From an uncultured bacterium (GTDB lineage: Bacteria; Desulfobacterota; Deferrimicrobia; J040), in contig CAYFXN010000003.1 in NCBI GenBank assembly GCA_964347065.1, forward strand, positions 1,971 through 65,970: a stretch of 64,000 bases of DNA. Direction: 5' to 3'. The translations under genes were made by a program, and so were the position numbers. A model generated the notes under the pieces. It worked only from the letters and a program-made list of their open reading frames with translations. It was not told the origin of the DNA and searched no databases. Position 1 is the stretch's first letter, and the number at the start of each line of letters is the position of its first letter. This document shows positions 38,235 through 48,212 of this stretch, one piece after another.

Positions 38235-39830
38235 ATGAAAAGGAGTTTGGTGTGGAGAGCGTTGTTGGTGGCAGTGGTAACCGTTGTCGCCGTAATTCTC
38301 GTAATTCCGAGCATAACGAATTATGTGCCTTCTTCACTAAAGGAAAAAATCGGGAAGATTAATCTGGGACTCGATCTTCAGGGGGGAATCTTTCTCAGGC
38401 TCCAGGTAGAGCTGGAAAAAGCCGTTGAAAATACCATCTCCCGTTACTCGGAGGACGCAAGGACTTCTTTACGGGAAAAGGGGATACCCGTTTTGTCGAT
38501 GGAAAAGGTCAATCAGGGTTCCTATCGAATCGTGATACCGCCAGGAGAATTCATCGATAGAGCGAGAAATGCCCTGGAACAGCGCTTCGGAAACCTCGAA
38601 ATAGAGGTTGGCGAAATTAGGGATGCATCGGCAAAGATCATTCTCACGATGCGAGATTCTGAAGTTAATTTTATAAAAAACAATGCGGTGAAACAGGCGG
38701 TCGAGACCATACGCAACAGGATTGACCAGTTCGGGGTCCGGGAGCCGCAGATCGTAAGCGAGGGGGAAGACAGGATAGTCGTCCAGTTGCCGGGGATAAA
38801 AGAGAAACAGAGGGCGGTAGATATTGTGGGAAAGACTGCCTTACTCGAGTTCAAGCTAATAGATGAGGATCACAGCCTGGATGATGCTATGGCGGGAAAT
38901 ATATCCGGAGAGTCGCAAATACTCTATCAGAAAGCGGTGGACAGAAATTCGGGAGTGGTTTCGAAAAATCCCATTCTTTTGAAAAGAAAAACCCTTTTGA
39001 CCGGTGACCACATCAAAACCGCCAGGGTCAGTTTCGAAAACCGGACGGGGGCGGCATACGTTTCGCTCTCCTTCGATTCCATCGGCGCGAAAATATTTGA
39101 CAGGGTGACGTCGGAAAACGTGAAAAAAAGGCTCGCAATCGTTCTCGACGATACGGTCTATTCCGCTCCGGTCATTCAGGAGAGAATATCGGGAGGAGAG
39201 GCACAGATAACGGGGAGCTTCACCACTGAAGAAGCATCCGATCTCGCTCTCGTGCTCAGGGCAGGATCGCTTCCTGCCCCCGTGACAATAATTCAGAACG
39301 TATCTATCGGCCCATCGCTGGGTCGCGATTCGATAGAGAAGGGAGTGAGGGCCTCAATTATCGGGCTGATCCTCGTTATCTTTTTCATGATTGTTTACTA
39401 CAACTTATCGGGATTTATCGCGGATCTGGCCCTTCTGCTCAATCTTATATTCCTTCTCGCAGTGATGGCTGTTCTGGAAGCGACCCTCACCCTGCCCGGA
39501 ATAGCGGGAATTATCCTGACGATCGGAATGGCCGTTGATGCAAATGTGCTCATCTTCGAGAGAATACGGGAGGAACTCAGGCTCGGGAAAACGGTAAGGG
39601 CATCGATAGATGCTGGATACGACAAAGCCCTGTTTACCATCATCGACTCTCACATTACGACGCTGATAACGGCGGCCGTGCTTTTCCAGTTTGGAACGGG
39701 TCCAATTAAAGGGTTTGCCGTAACACTGTCTCTTGGCGTCATCATAAATCTCTTTACGTCACTCATCTGCACGAAGGTAATTTTTGATTACATCAACGTT
39801 AAGCAACCCATGAAAAAATTGAGTATCTGA
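38235..39830 (+). CDS. secD: Protein translocase subunit SecD
   Basis: 531 aa. N-terminal TM helix, large periplasmic domain and C-terminal 5-TM bundle (GIILTIGMAVDANVLIFERIRE). Confidence 0.9.
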   Translation: MKRSLVWRALLVAVVTVVAVILVIPSITNYVPSSLKEKIGKINLGLDLQGGIFLRLQVELEKAVENTISRYSEDARTSLREKGIPVLSMEKVNQGSYRIVIPPGEFIDRARNALEQRFGNLEIEVGEIRDASAKIILTMRDSEVNFIKNNAVKQAVETIRNRIDQFGVREPQIVSEGEDRIVVQLPGIKEKQRAVDIVGKTALLEFKLIDEDHSLDDAMAGNISGESQILYQKAVDRNSGVVSKNPILLKRKTLLTGDHIKTARVSFENRTGAAYVSLSFDSIGAKIFDRVTSENVKKRLAIVLDDTVYSAPVIQERISGGEAQITGSFTTEEASDLALVLRAGSLPAPVTIIQNVSIGPSLGRDSIEKGVRASIIGLILVIFFMIVYYNLSGFIADLALLLNLIFLLAVMAVLEATLTLPGIAGIILTIGMAVDANVLIFERIREELRLGKTVRASIDAGYDKALFTIIDSHITTLITAAVLFQFGTGPIKGFAVTLSLGVIINLFTSLICTKVIFDYINVKQPMKKLSI

Positions 39831-39842
39831 GGGGAGATTTTT

Positions 39843-40754
39843 ATGGAGATCATTAAAGATACAAATATCGACTTCATGCGGATGAAAAAGATCTCTTTTT
39901 CTATTTCCGGCCTGCTCGTTGCCTGCGGAATTACCACCCTCATTCTTATCTTTGCAGGTAAGGCAAACCTCGGCGTAGATTTTGCCGGGGGGACTTCGGT
40001 TCAGGTAAAGTTCGAAAAACCGATTAAAGTTGACCGCTTGAGGAAAGCGCTTGGCACCGCCGGCTTTGACGATGTAAATATTCAGGATTTTGTGGCTCAG
40101 AATAGTGCCCTGATAAAGGTGGGGCAAAGGAGCGGGAAAGGAGAAATGGTCGCGGATAAAATTGCCGATATCATACAAAAAGCCGTTGAAGATAATCGTT
40201 TCGAGGTTCAGGCGGCGACGGAAATAGGCCCTGCGATAGGCGCCAAGTTACGCAAGGATGCCCTGATAGCTGTTGTGATTTCTACCATCGGGATCATTCT
40301 CTACATCGCCTGGCGGTTCGAATTTAAATTCGGTGTAGCCGCTGCGATAGCCACCTTCCACGACGTCCTGTCGGTGCTCTTTATCATGACTCTGCTCGGA
40401 AGGGAGGTGAACCTTCTTCTGGTTACTGCACTTCTTACCCTAGCCGGTTATTCTTTAACCGATACGGTTGTGGTTTTCGACAGAATAAGGGAGAATTTGA
40501 GGGGGAGGAAGGGGAAAACGTTCAGCGAGGTAACCAACAGGAGCATTAATGATGTTCTCAAAAGAACGATCATTACATCCCTCACCACATTGCTCGCCGT
40601 TGTCAGCATTCTCGTTCTCGGCGGTGAGGTCATCCGGGACTTTGCGCTCGCCTTGGCGCTGGGAGTCATAATAGGAACCTACTCCTCTGTTTTCCTCGCA
40701 TCTCCGATTGTCGTCATCTGGAGGGGGGATAAAATTGTCCAGGTTAGAAAATAA
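39843..40754 (+). CDS. secF: Protein translocase subunit SecF
   Basis: 303 aa. SecF motifs (GVDFAGGTSVQVKF, DTVVVFDRIREN). Confidence 0.9.
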   Translation: MEIIKDTNIDFMRMKKISFSISGLLVACGITTLILIFAGKANLGVDFAGGTSVQVKFEKPIKVDRLRKALGTAGFDDVNIQDFVAQNSALIKVGQRSGKGEMVADKIADIIQKAVEDNRFEVQAATEIGPAIGAKLRKDALIAVVISTIGIILYIAWRFEFKFGVAAAIATFHDVLSVLFIMTLLGREVNLLLVTALLTLAGYSLTDTVVVFDRIRENLRGRKGKTFSEVTNRSINDVLKRTIITSLTTLLAVVSILVLGGEVIRDFALALALGVIIGTYSSVFLASPIVVIWRGDKIVQVRK

Positions 40755-42483
40755 GGTTTATGGTGCAAAAGAAGGAAGGATATGGGAAGTAAAGACTCCT
40801 GACGAAGACATCATTTATAGAATTGCAAAGATCTTCGATGTCAGCAGGCTGGCTGCCAGGATTCTCGCCAACAGGAACTTTCATGACCTGGATGAAATAA
40901 GGGGATTTCTGAGCCCTGATCTTACCGCACTTTCAGACCCGATGGGTATGGTTGACATTGATAAGGCAGCCAGGCGGGTCATCGATGCCTGCACAAAAGA
41001 TGAGAAGATATTTGTTTACGCCGATTATGATGTTGACGGCGCTACCGGGGCGGCCTGCCTGTACCTGTTTCTGAAAGAGCTTTTTCCCTATCTGCAGATC
41101 TACATTCACCAAAATGACAGAACGAGGGATGGATATGGTTTGAAGATGGAATATATGAGATTTGCAGAGAAAAGCGGTTATTCCCTCATCGTAACGGTGG
41201 ATACGGGGATATCGAACCACGATGAGGTTGAAAAGGCCAGGGATCTCGGTGTTGACGTAGTTATCACCGATCATCACACCGTCGTTGGTGCTCTTCCCGA
41301 TGCCTATGCGGTCTTGAACCCGAAAAGGAAAGACTGCAGGTTCAGGTTCGAGGACCTTGCCGGTGTGGGAGTTGTATTTGCACTTATCTGTGCCATTAGA
41401 AAAATACTCAGGGAAAAGGGGTTTTTTCGGGAAAAGACAGAACCTCAACTCACAAAGTTTCTCGACCTCGTTGCCCTCGGAACTGTAGCCGATATGGCCC
41501 CGCTGAAAGGTGATAATAGGATATTCGTCAAAAATGGTCTTCGTCAGATTCGGGGGAATCCACGTCCCGGGATTTTGGCTCTTATCGATGTATCTGGGAT
41601 TAAACAGGGTCATGTCACCGAAGGAGATCTTGCATACAGAATAGGGCCGCGGTTGAATGCCGCCGGCAGAATTGGCGATTCTTCCCTTTCTTCGGCCATA
41701 TTGATTGAGCCATCGTTTGATCGCGCTCTCGATCTTGCTAGGATTTTGTCGAGCGAAAACAGGAAAAGACAAATGGAGGAAGATAAAATTTTTAAGGATG
41801 CCAGGCGCTTAATCGAAAAAAAGAATTTGCATAATGAAAGGATTATCGTTGTTGGCTCGAAGAAATGGCACATTGGCGTGGTGGGAATCGTTGCGTCAAA
41901 AATAGTTGAGACATATTCCAAACCGGCTCTGGTTTTTACCTTCGAAGGAAGTGATGCAAAAGGATCGGGAAGAAGCAAAAGTCCCTTCGACATTTTGAGA
42001 ATATTAAACCAGTGTTCTCACCTCATGAAGAGATTCGGCGGACATACCCACGCTGCCGGGATTATGATGAGGAGGGATCGTTTCGACGATTTCAGTGAAG
42101 CTATACAGGATGCGGCTCGGAATCTCTATGAGGAGGAGGAGATCATCCCGGTAATCGACGTTGACGCTGAGGTCGAGCTCTCGAGCATGTCTGCGCAATT
42201 GCTGGAGGAACTCGAGGCCCTGTCTCCCTTTGGAATCGGAAATCCTGAACCCACTTTTCTCTCGAGAAACTTACGTGTTGTGGATTTCTCTGTCAGAAAC
42301 AGAGGAATGGTCACTATGGGTGTCGTACAGGACGGTGCAAAGTACGAAGTCCTGGCCTTCAAAATGGGAGAGTTACAGCATATGGTCCTCGATAGAATCG
42401 ATCTTCTCTATACCCCGAAAATGTCCGTTTTCAGAGGGCGGAGCGAGATGAGGCTGTTAGCCCGGGATTTGCGCCTTTTGTGA
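40735..42483 (+). CDS. recJ: Single-stranded-DNA-specific exonuclease RecJ
   Basis: DHH motifs (YADYDVDGATG, VTVDTGISNHDEV, VVITDHH) and DHHA1 region (GGHTHAAG). The TTG at 40735 follows a GGAGGGGGG RBS; the ORF track's 40708 start is an alternative. Confidence 0.85.
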   Translation: MSRLENKVYGAKEGRIWEVKTPDEDIIYRIAKIFDVSRLAARILANRNFHDLDEIRGFLSPDLTALSDPMGMVDIDKAARRVIDACTKDEKIFVYADYDVDGATGAACLYLFLKELFPYLQIYIHQNDRTRDGYGLKMEYMRFAEKSGYSLIVTVDTGISNHDEVEKARDLGVDVVITDHHTVVGALPDAYAVLNPKRKDCRFRFEDLAGVGVVFALICAIRKILREKGFFREKTEPQLTKFLDLVALGTVADMAPLKGDNRIFVKNGLRQIRGNPRPGILALIDVSGIKQGHVTEGDLAYRIGPRLNAAGRIGDSSLSSAILIEPSFDRALDLARILSSENRKRQMEEDKIFKDARRLIEKKNLHNERIIVVGSKKWHIGVVGIVASKIVETYSKPALVFTFEGSDAKGSGRSKSPFDILRILNQCSHLMKRFGGHTHAAGIMMRRDRFDDFSEAIQDAARNLYEEEEIIPVIDVDAEVELSSMSAQLLEELEALSPFGIGNPEPTFLSRNLRVVDFSVRNRGMVTMGVVQDGAKYEVLAFKMGELQHMVLDRIDLLYTPKMSVFRGRSEMRLLARDLRLL

Positions 42484-42507
42484 AACCGTTACCCTGAGGA
42501 GAAAATA

Positions 42508-42984
42508 TTGGCCGGTTTGGCAAAACTTAAAACGTATATAAGAAAAACTATGGAGGAGAAGGGGAGCGAGAGGAAGATCGCGCTCGGATTTGCCATCGGA
42601 GTTTTTATCAGTTTTACACCTTTTTTGTCCTTACACACGATAACGGCAATTGCCATCGGTTTGCTCTTCCGGTTTAATAAAGTGGCCATTATTACCGGAG
42701 CATGGGTCAACAATCATCTTTCAATTCCCTTTGTGTTTTATATCTCCTACAAACTGGGCGTGCTGGTTGTCGGGGGAAACCCTGTTCCGCCATCTTTCGA
42801 GAACTTCGAAATCGGGATATTGTTGGAGTACTTCAAGTATATCGGTGTTCCCCTGATAGTTGGGACAACGATTACCGGCTTGATTGCTTCTGGTATCGCT
42901 TATTATATTATGTATTACGCGATTAAGTCGGTGAGAAGGAAAGGGATAAAAAAAGGGGGTTCGAGTGAAGGAATTAAAATTTAA
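42508..42984 (+). CDS. DUF2062-family membrane protein
   Basis: 158 aa, multi-TM (KIALGFAIGVFISFTPFLSLHTITAIAIGLLF...). TTG start with GAGGAG RBS. Confidence 0.55.
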   Translation: MAGLAKLKTYIRKTMEEKGSERKIALGFAIGVFISFTPFLSLHTITAIAIGLLFRFNKVAIITGAWVNNHLSIPFVFYISYKLGVLVVGGNPVPPSFENFEIGILLEYFKYIGVPLIVGTTITGLIASGIAYYIMYYAIKSVRRKGIKKGGSSEGIKI

Positions 42985-43849
42985 CTTCGGAGGCATACCA
43001 GAAAAATACAGCTTATGGGAGAATGCGAAGTTTGTGGTGATACCCATTCCCTATGATTTTACGACCACGTATATGACGGGAACACGGAATGGTCCCATGG
43101 CGATGCTCTCTGCTTCGACAAATCTGGAGCTCTTTGACGACGAGTTAAAGATAGAAACCTTCAAAAGCGGCATATTCACCGCCCCTTTTGTAGAGGCGAA
43201 CCTGAAATCGCCGCTCAGTTCTTTACGGGAAATGGAAAAAGCAGTGGAAAAGTATGTGAGGCGAAGCAAATTCCCGGTAATTATAGGGGGCGAACACACG
43301 GTTACGCTCGGTGCTATGAAACCGCTGAAGAAGAAGTTTGGGACTTTTTCTCTTCTGCAACTCGATGCCCATGGTGATCTGAGGGACTCGTATCAGGGGA
43401 CGAAATGGAACCATGCCTGTGTATCGAGGAGGATATGGGAAATGGGCATCAATGTTGTGCAGGCGGGGGTGCGAAGCCTGTCCGAGGAGGAGGACAGGTT
43501 TATAAGGAAGAACCAGATTAAAACCTATTATGCATATGAGTTCAAAGAGAATCCCGATGGCGTCATCAATGCGATTACCGCCAATCTGGAGGATAAGGTT
43601 TACATCTCCGTTGATCTGGACTTTTATGACCCCGGCGCTATGCCTGCTGTCGGAACACCCGAGCCGGGAGGCATAGACTGGTTCGGGGGACTCGAAATTC
43701 TCTCCGAGGTATTCAAGAGGAAGAAGGTCATCGGGTTCGATGTGGTTGAGTTATCCCCCATCACCGGCCTCGTTGCCCCCGATTTTTTTGGCGCAAAGCT
43801 GGTCTACAGGCTCATGGGGTATGCGGTTGCCTACGGTTCCGTCGAATGA
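42965..43849 (+). CDS. speB: Agmatinase (arginase/ureohydrolase family)
   Basis: Mn-binding motifs [28 protein letters not shown] start with AGGGGG RBS. Confidence 0.8.
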   Translation: MKELKFNFGGIPEKYSLWENAKFVVIPIPYDFTTTYMTGTRNGPMAMLSASTNLELFDDELKIETFKSGIFTAPFVEANLKSPLSSLREMEKAVEKYVRRSKFPVIIGGEHTVTLGAMKPLKKKFGTFSLLQLDAHGDLRDSYQGTKWNHACVSRRIWEMGINVVQAGVRSLSEEEDRFIRKNQIKTYYAYEFKENPDGVINAITANLEDKVYISVDLDFYDPGAMPAVGTPEPGGIDWFGGLEILSEVFKRKKVIGFDVVELSPITGLVAPDFFGAKLVYRLMGYAVAYGSVE

Positions 43850-44409
43850 ATTACCAAGGGAGGGGAATGGATTTCGTACCTTCTAAAGTGTTTTTCACAA
43901 AGGGAGTGGGAAGACACAGGGAAGAACTTCAGTCCTTCGAGCTTGCCCTCCGGGATTCGGGAATTGAGAAGTTCAATCTCGTATCTGTTTCAAGCATTTT
44001 CCCCCCCGGGTGCAAGATAATCAGCAGAAGCGAGGGGATGAGGCTCCTGAAGCCGGGACAAATCGTGTTTGTCGTGATGTCGCGGCTCACGAGTGACGAG
44101 CCGAGGAGATTGATCGCCTCCTCCATAGGCTGCGCTCTGCCGATGGACAAAAACACCTACGGCTATTTGAGTGAACATCACGCCTTCGGGCAAAATGAAA
44201 AAGTAGCAGGTGATTATGCCGAAGACCTTGCAGCCGCCATGCTTGCCAGCACTCTCGGCTTCGAGTTTGATGAAGACAAAAGCTGGGATGAAAAGAGGGA
44301 GGTCTGGAAAATCAGCGGTGTAATTTATCGGTCATTCAACGTTACACAATCGGCAATAGTGAAAAATGAGTACGCCACTGTTCTCGCGGCGGCCGTTTTC
44401 ATCCTATAA
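43846..44409 (+). CDS. pdaD: Pyruvoyl-dependent arginine decarboxylase
   Basis: 187 aa. N-terminus [41 protein letters not shown] with the conserved self-cleavage Ser-Ser region (VSVSS). ATGA overlap with speB. Confidence 0.8.
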   Translation: MNYQGRGMDFVPSKVFFTKGVGRHREELQSFELALRDSGIEKFNLVSVSSIFPPGCKIISRSEGMRLLKPGQIVFVVMSRLTSDEPRRLIASSIGCALPMDKNTYGYLSEHHAFGQNEKVAGDYAEDLAAAMLASTLGFEFDEDKSWDEKREVWKISGVIYRSFNVTQSAIVKNEYATVLAAAVFIL

Positions 44410-44428
44410 TACGGAAGGGGGCGTTGTC

Positions 44429-45421
44429 ATGAGAGGGGCAAAAATAGTAGCAACGGGAAGGTACCTTCCCGACAAAGTTAGTTCTAATTTTGACCTTGAG
44501 AAACTGATGGACACGACGGACGAGTGGATAGTCCAGAGAACGGGAATCAGGGAAAGGCGCTATGCCGAAGGAGAAGAGACAACATCTTACATGGGGGCTA
44601 TTGCGGCAAAACGGGCAATGGAGAAAGCCGGGCTGGAGCCAAAAGATATCGATTACGTGATCTTCGCTACCCTCTCTCCTGATTTTTTCTTTCCCGGCAG
44701 CGGCGTTTTGGTTCAGGATCTTCTCCATCTTGACAACGTGGGTGCCCTTGATGTGAGGAATCAGTGCACGGGATTCGTTTACGGGCTCGGAATTGCAGAG
44801 TCATTCATCAAGATGGGGAAATTTGACAATATCCTCGTGATCGGATCGGAGGTTCATTCCCATGGTCTCGACTTTTCCACCAGCGGGAGGGATATAACCG
44901 TCTTATTCGGAGATGGAGCTGGAGCTGCTGTGGTTGGCCCCTCCAAAGATGGACAGGGCATATTGTCGACACAGATGAATTCCGAGGGAAAGTATGCAAA
45001 AGAACTGTGGTGCGAGGCACCGGGAAGTACAGAGAATCCCAGGATCACCGTGGAGATGTTGAAAGAGAAACGGCACTTCCCCGCGATGAACGGCAGATTT
45101 GTATTTATCAATGCGGTGAAGCGTTTCAAAGAGACGATTGAGGAAGCACTCAGCAACTGCAACCTGACCAAAGAGGACATTTCGCTCGTCATACCTCATC
45201 AGGCGAATTTGAGGATCAGTCAGGCTGTTGCAAAAAGCATGGGCCTTCAGGAAAACCAAGTGTTTAGCAACATCGAGTACTACGGGAACACCACAGCGGC
45301 TTCTATACCCATAGCGCTCGATGAGTGCTTGGAAAGAGATGTTATAAAGGAAGGGGACATCGTTTGCCTCGCTGCCTTTGGGTCGGGTTTTACTTGGGGT
45401 TCAGTGCTTATGCGATGGTAG
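44429..45421 (+). CDS. fabH: 3-oxoacyl-[ACP] synthase III
   Basis: Active-site Cys (NQCTGFVYGL), His and Asn regions (IPHQANLRI, GNTTAASIP), C-terminal AAFGSGFTWGS. The ATG at 44429 has a GGAAGGGGG RBS. Confidence 0.85.
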   Translation: MRGAKIVATGRYLPDKVSSNFDLEKLMDTTDEWIVQRTGIRERRYAEGEETTSYMGAIAAKRAMEKAGLEPKDIDYVIFATLSPDFFFPGSGVLVQDLLHLDNVGALDVRNQCTGFVYGLGIAESFIKMGKFDNILVIGSEVHSHGLDFSTSGRDITVLFGDGAGAAVVGPSKDGQGILSTQMNSEGKYAKELWCEAPGSTENPRITVEMLKEKRHFPAMNGRFVFINAVKRFKETIEEALSNCNLTKEDISLVIPHQANLRISQAVAKSMGLQENQVFSNIEYYGNTTAASIPIALDECLERDVIKEGDIVCLAAFGSGFTWGSVLMRW

Positions 45422-45882
45422 AAGGCTATATTGTCAGAGAAATGGAAAAAGGGGACATCGACAGGATTCTTGAAATAGAACGGGAATCGTTTCGTTTGCC
45501 CTGGAGCAGAGCCCTATTTCTCGATGAGTTCACCCGCGATTATTCTCACACCTATGTTGTTTGTGACCGGGAAAAAGGTGAGGTTCAAGGGTTTATCATT
45601 TTCTGGGTCCTCTTCGATGAGTGCCATATCCTCAATATCTCGGTGGCAAAGGCGATGAGGCGCCGGGGTCTCGGGGAGAAACTCATGCAGCGGTGCGAAA
45701 AGATCGCTAAAAGTAAAGGAGCATCCTATCTGTACCTTGAAGTGAGGGAGGGGAACCAGCCGGCGATAAATCTATACGGAAAGCTCGGCTTTCGTTTTGT
45801 CGGCTTGAGACGGGGGTACTACACCGATACGGGTGAAGACGGGTGGGTCATGATTAAAAACATTAAAAAAAAGGTTACATAG
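45415..45882 (+). CDS. GNAT N-acetyltransferase, RimI-like (ribosomal-protein-alanine acetyltransferase family)
   Basis: Acetyl-CoA binding motif (RRRGLGEKLM) and RimI-like N-terminal region. The start is set at the in-frame ATG overlapping the fabH stop. Confidence 0.65.
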   Translation: MVEGYIVREMEKGDIDRILEIERESFRLPWSRALFLDEFTRDYSHTYVVCDREKGEVQGFIIFWVLFDECHILNISVAKAMRRRGLGEKLMQRCEKIAKSKGASYLYLEVREGNQPAINLYGKLGFRFVGLRRGYYTDTGEDGWVMIKNIKKKVT

Positions 45883-46691
45883 TGTTTTTCACTGGCGAAA
45901 TTATCGATAATCTGCTCATATCCGATAAACATTACCTCATGAAAATTGCAACACCCGTTGTGCAGTCGTTCTCTCCGGGGCAATTCGTTATGGTACGTGG
46001 CTGGCAGGGAACCGACCCGTTACTCCCCAGACCCTTTGCAATATTCTCGTGGGTAAGCCGTGGCGGGGAAAAGGCGCTTCAATTAGTCTATAAAATCGTC
46101 GGAAGGGGAACGACCATACTCTCCGGACTCCACCGAGGTGATCCGATCCAGATCCACGGCCCGCTGGGAAAGGGGTTTACGGCTCCGGAAGGGGTTGATA
46201 ATTATATCCTCGCCGGGGGTGGGATCGGCTTCAGCTCTGTTTTTCCCGTTGCACTTTTCCTGAATGAAATAGGCAAAAACATGAAAGTCATTCTCGGCGC
46301 TAAGAGTGCCAGAGATATACCTCCGGCAAGCAGCGTGGGAGCAAAATTTCTCGAAGGGGATGTGACCTACGCGACTGAAGATGGTTCCATGGGTTTCCGG
46401 GGACTCGTCACTGAGATACTCGAAAGAGAGATATACAGTATAACTGAGGGCGAGCAAGAAAATTGGGCAATATTTGCCTGTGGACCAACGGATATGCTGA
46501 ATCGGGTGCAGGCGTTATCGGCCGACCGAGGAATACGTGCATATTTATCTCTCGAGAACTTCATGGCCTGCGGTTTCGGGGTTTGCCTCGGTTGTGTAGT
46601 TAAAGTGACCGCCCCCGATGGTTATCAGCACGTTCGCGTGTGTAAGGAGGGTCCTGTATTTACTTCGAACGAGGTGATATTCGGTGACTGA
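45882..46691 (+). CDS. pyrK: Dihydroorotate dehydrogenase (class 1B) electron-transfer subunit
   Basis: FAD/NAD-binding fold and C-terminal [2Fe-2S] Cys cluster (CGFGVCLGCVVK). GTG start overlaps the upstream stop. Confidence 0.85.
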   Translation: MFFTGEIIDNLLISDKHYLMKIATPVVQSFSPGQFVMVRGWQGTDPLLPRPFAIFSWVSRGGEKALQLVYKIVGRGTTILSGLHRGDPIQIHGPLGKGFTAPEGVDNYILAGGGIGFSSVFPVALFLNEIGKNMKVILGAKSARDIPPASSVGAKFLEGDVTYATEDGSMGFRGLVTEILEREIYSITEGEQENWAIFACGPTDMLNRVQALSADRGIRAYLSLENFMACGFGVCLGCVVKVTAPDGYQHVRVCKEGPVFTSNEVIFGD

Positions 46692-47595
46692 TCTATCGGT
46701 TCGGATCGGCAAGAGCGAGTTTAAAAACCCCGTTTTCTCTGCTTCAGGAACGTTTGGATATGGAATTGAATTTACCGAATATTTTGATATTTCCCGGCTC
46801 GGCGCGATCATCGTAAAAGGCCTGTCCATCGAGCCTGTAAAAGGAAACCCGGGACCGAGGATATTCGAGACCCCATCGGGCATGTTAAACGCCATCGGCC
46901 TGCAGAATATAGGCGTGAGAAACTTTGTCAAAGATGTTATGCCGGTGCTCCGGAGCTTGAAGACAACGATAATTGCGAACATTTACGGAAAAATGGAGGA
47001 AGAATACGCGGCCGTTGCTTCCGTACTCGATGATGCCGAGGGTGTAGAGGGAGTGGAATTGAATATTTCCTGTCCCAATGTGAAGAAGGGGGGGATTGCT
47101 TTTGGCCAGGATCCTGTCGCAGCTGCGCGGGTTATTTCAGCGGTGAAAAAGGCAACAGGCAAAACGGTTATCGTCAAGCTTTCCCCAAACGTGTCGGATA
47201 TAGTTGAAATTGCCGTTGCGGTTGAGGAAGCGGGGGCTGATGGCGTTTCACTCATCAACACGCTTCTCGGCATGGTAATAGACCTTGATAGCAAAAGAGC
47301 CATTCTCGGGAGCACCATGGGCGGGCTCTCCGGCCCGGCGATTAAACCCGTTGCCCTCAGGATGGTTTACCAGGTTTCAAGGAGCGTTAACATTCCTGTC
47401 ATAGGAATTGGCGGGATAATGAGTTACCGGGATGCACTTGAGTTCATGCTCGCTGGGGCTTCAGCGGTTCAGGTGGGGACGGCAAACTTTATAAATCCCC
47501 GGGCATCGCAGGAAGTTTTGGAGGGCATAATCTCCTATTGTGAACAGGAAAATATAGAGACGGTTGGCGCTATTACCGGTTCATTGAAAACGTAA
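46684..47595 (+). CDS. pyrD: Dihydroorotate dehydrogenase (class 1B) catalytic subunit
   Basis: 303 aa. FKNPVFSASGTFGYG, NISCPNV (active-site Cys), GIGGI. Overlaps pyrK by 8 nt. Confidence 0.9.
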   Translation: MTDLSVRIGKSEFKNPVFSASGTFGYGIEFTEYFDISRLGAIIVKGLSIEPVKGNPGPRIFETPSGMLNAIGLQNIGVRNFVKDVMPVLRSLKTTIIANIYGKMEEEYAAVASVLDDAEGVEGVELNISCPNVKKGGIAFGQDPVAAARVISAVKKATGKTVIVKLSPNVSDIVEIAVAVEEAGADGVSLINTLLGMVIDLDSKRAILGSTMGGLSGPAIKPVALRMVYQVSRSVNIPVIGIGGIMSYRDALEFMLAGASAVQVGTANFINPRASQEVLEGIISYCEQENIETVGAITGSLKT

Positions 47596-47646
47596 TACCT
47601 GCCGGCTGGTCACCCACAGCATGTTTGCTCTTATGCCCTTTTTTCC

Positions 47647-47675
47647 TTGAAGTTTTATTCCAAAGACGATAAGAT
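47647..47675 (+). promoter_or_regulatory. Candidate promoter of the rimP-nusA-infB operon (-35 TTGAAG, 17-nt spacer, -10 TAAGAT)
   Basis: Hexamers read directly. The predicted transcription start falls at the foot of the hairpin at 47684. Confidence 0.3.
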
Positions 47676-47683
47676 AAATAAAA

Positions 47684-47709
47684 GTGGGCAGAGGCCCGCT
47701 TTTTTTTTG
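47684..47709 (+). terminator. Rho-independent terminator-like hairpin (GTGGGC-AGAG-GCCCGC) followed by T9, between pyrD and rimP
   Basis: Read directly: stem 47684-47689 / 47694-47699, loop AGAG, U-tract 47700-47709. It lies 18 nt upstream of the rimP ATG. Confidence 0.55.
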
Positions 47710-47726
47710 AATATGGGTGGACGCTG

Positions 47727-48212
47727 ATGACGGTGAAGGAGATAAAAAATAGGGTTATTGATCTGGCTGAAGACGTTGCAATCCAAGAGGGAGTGGAAGT
47801 GGTCGATGTTGAAATTTCGGGTGGTTCCGGGAGGTACATCGTGCGGGTATATATTGATGTTGAGAGCGGTGTAACGATTTCAGATTGTGAATCCTTCAGC
47901 AGAAATCTCGGGGCCCTGCTCGAAATCGATGACCCTATACCGACGGCGTACTATCTCGAAGTTTCTTCCCCGGGTATCGAGAAAGTATTGAGAAAACCTT
48001 CTCATTTCGATAGATATAGAGGTGAAAGGGTTAATATCCAGTTTGAAAAGGCGTTCGAAGGGAGAAGGAGAGTGACAGGCGTGATAGCAGATGTAACGGA
48101 TTCTTGTGTGACCATCGAACAGGAGGGAAACCGGTTTGTCGTCGAGTACGGCAACATAAAGAAAGCCAGACTCAAAATAAATGAATCAGATTTGGCAAGA
48201 GGGGTGAAGTAA
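47727..48212 (+). CDS. rimP: Ribosome maturation factor RimP
   Basis: 161 aa. RimP N-domain (YLEVSSPGIEKVLRKPSHFDRYRGERVNI). Confidence 0.85.
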   Translation: MTVKEIKNRVIDLAEDVAIQEGVEVVDVEISGGSGRYIVRVYIDVESGVTISDCESFSRNLGALLEIDDPIPTAYYLEVSSPGIEKVLRKPSHFDRYRGERVNIQFEKAFEGRRRVTGVIADVTDSCVTIEQEGNRFVVEYGNIKKARLKINESDLARGVK

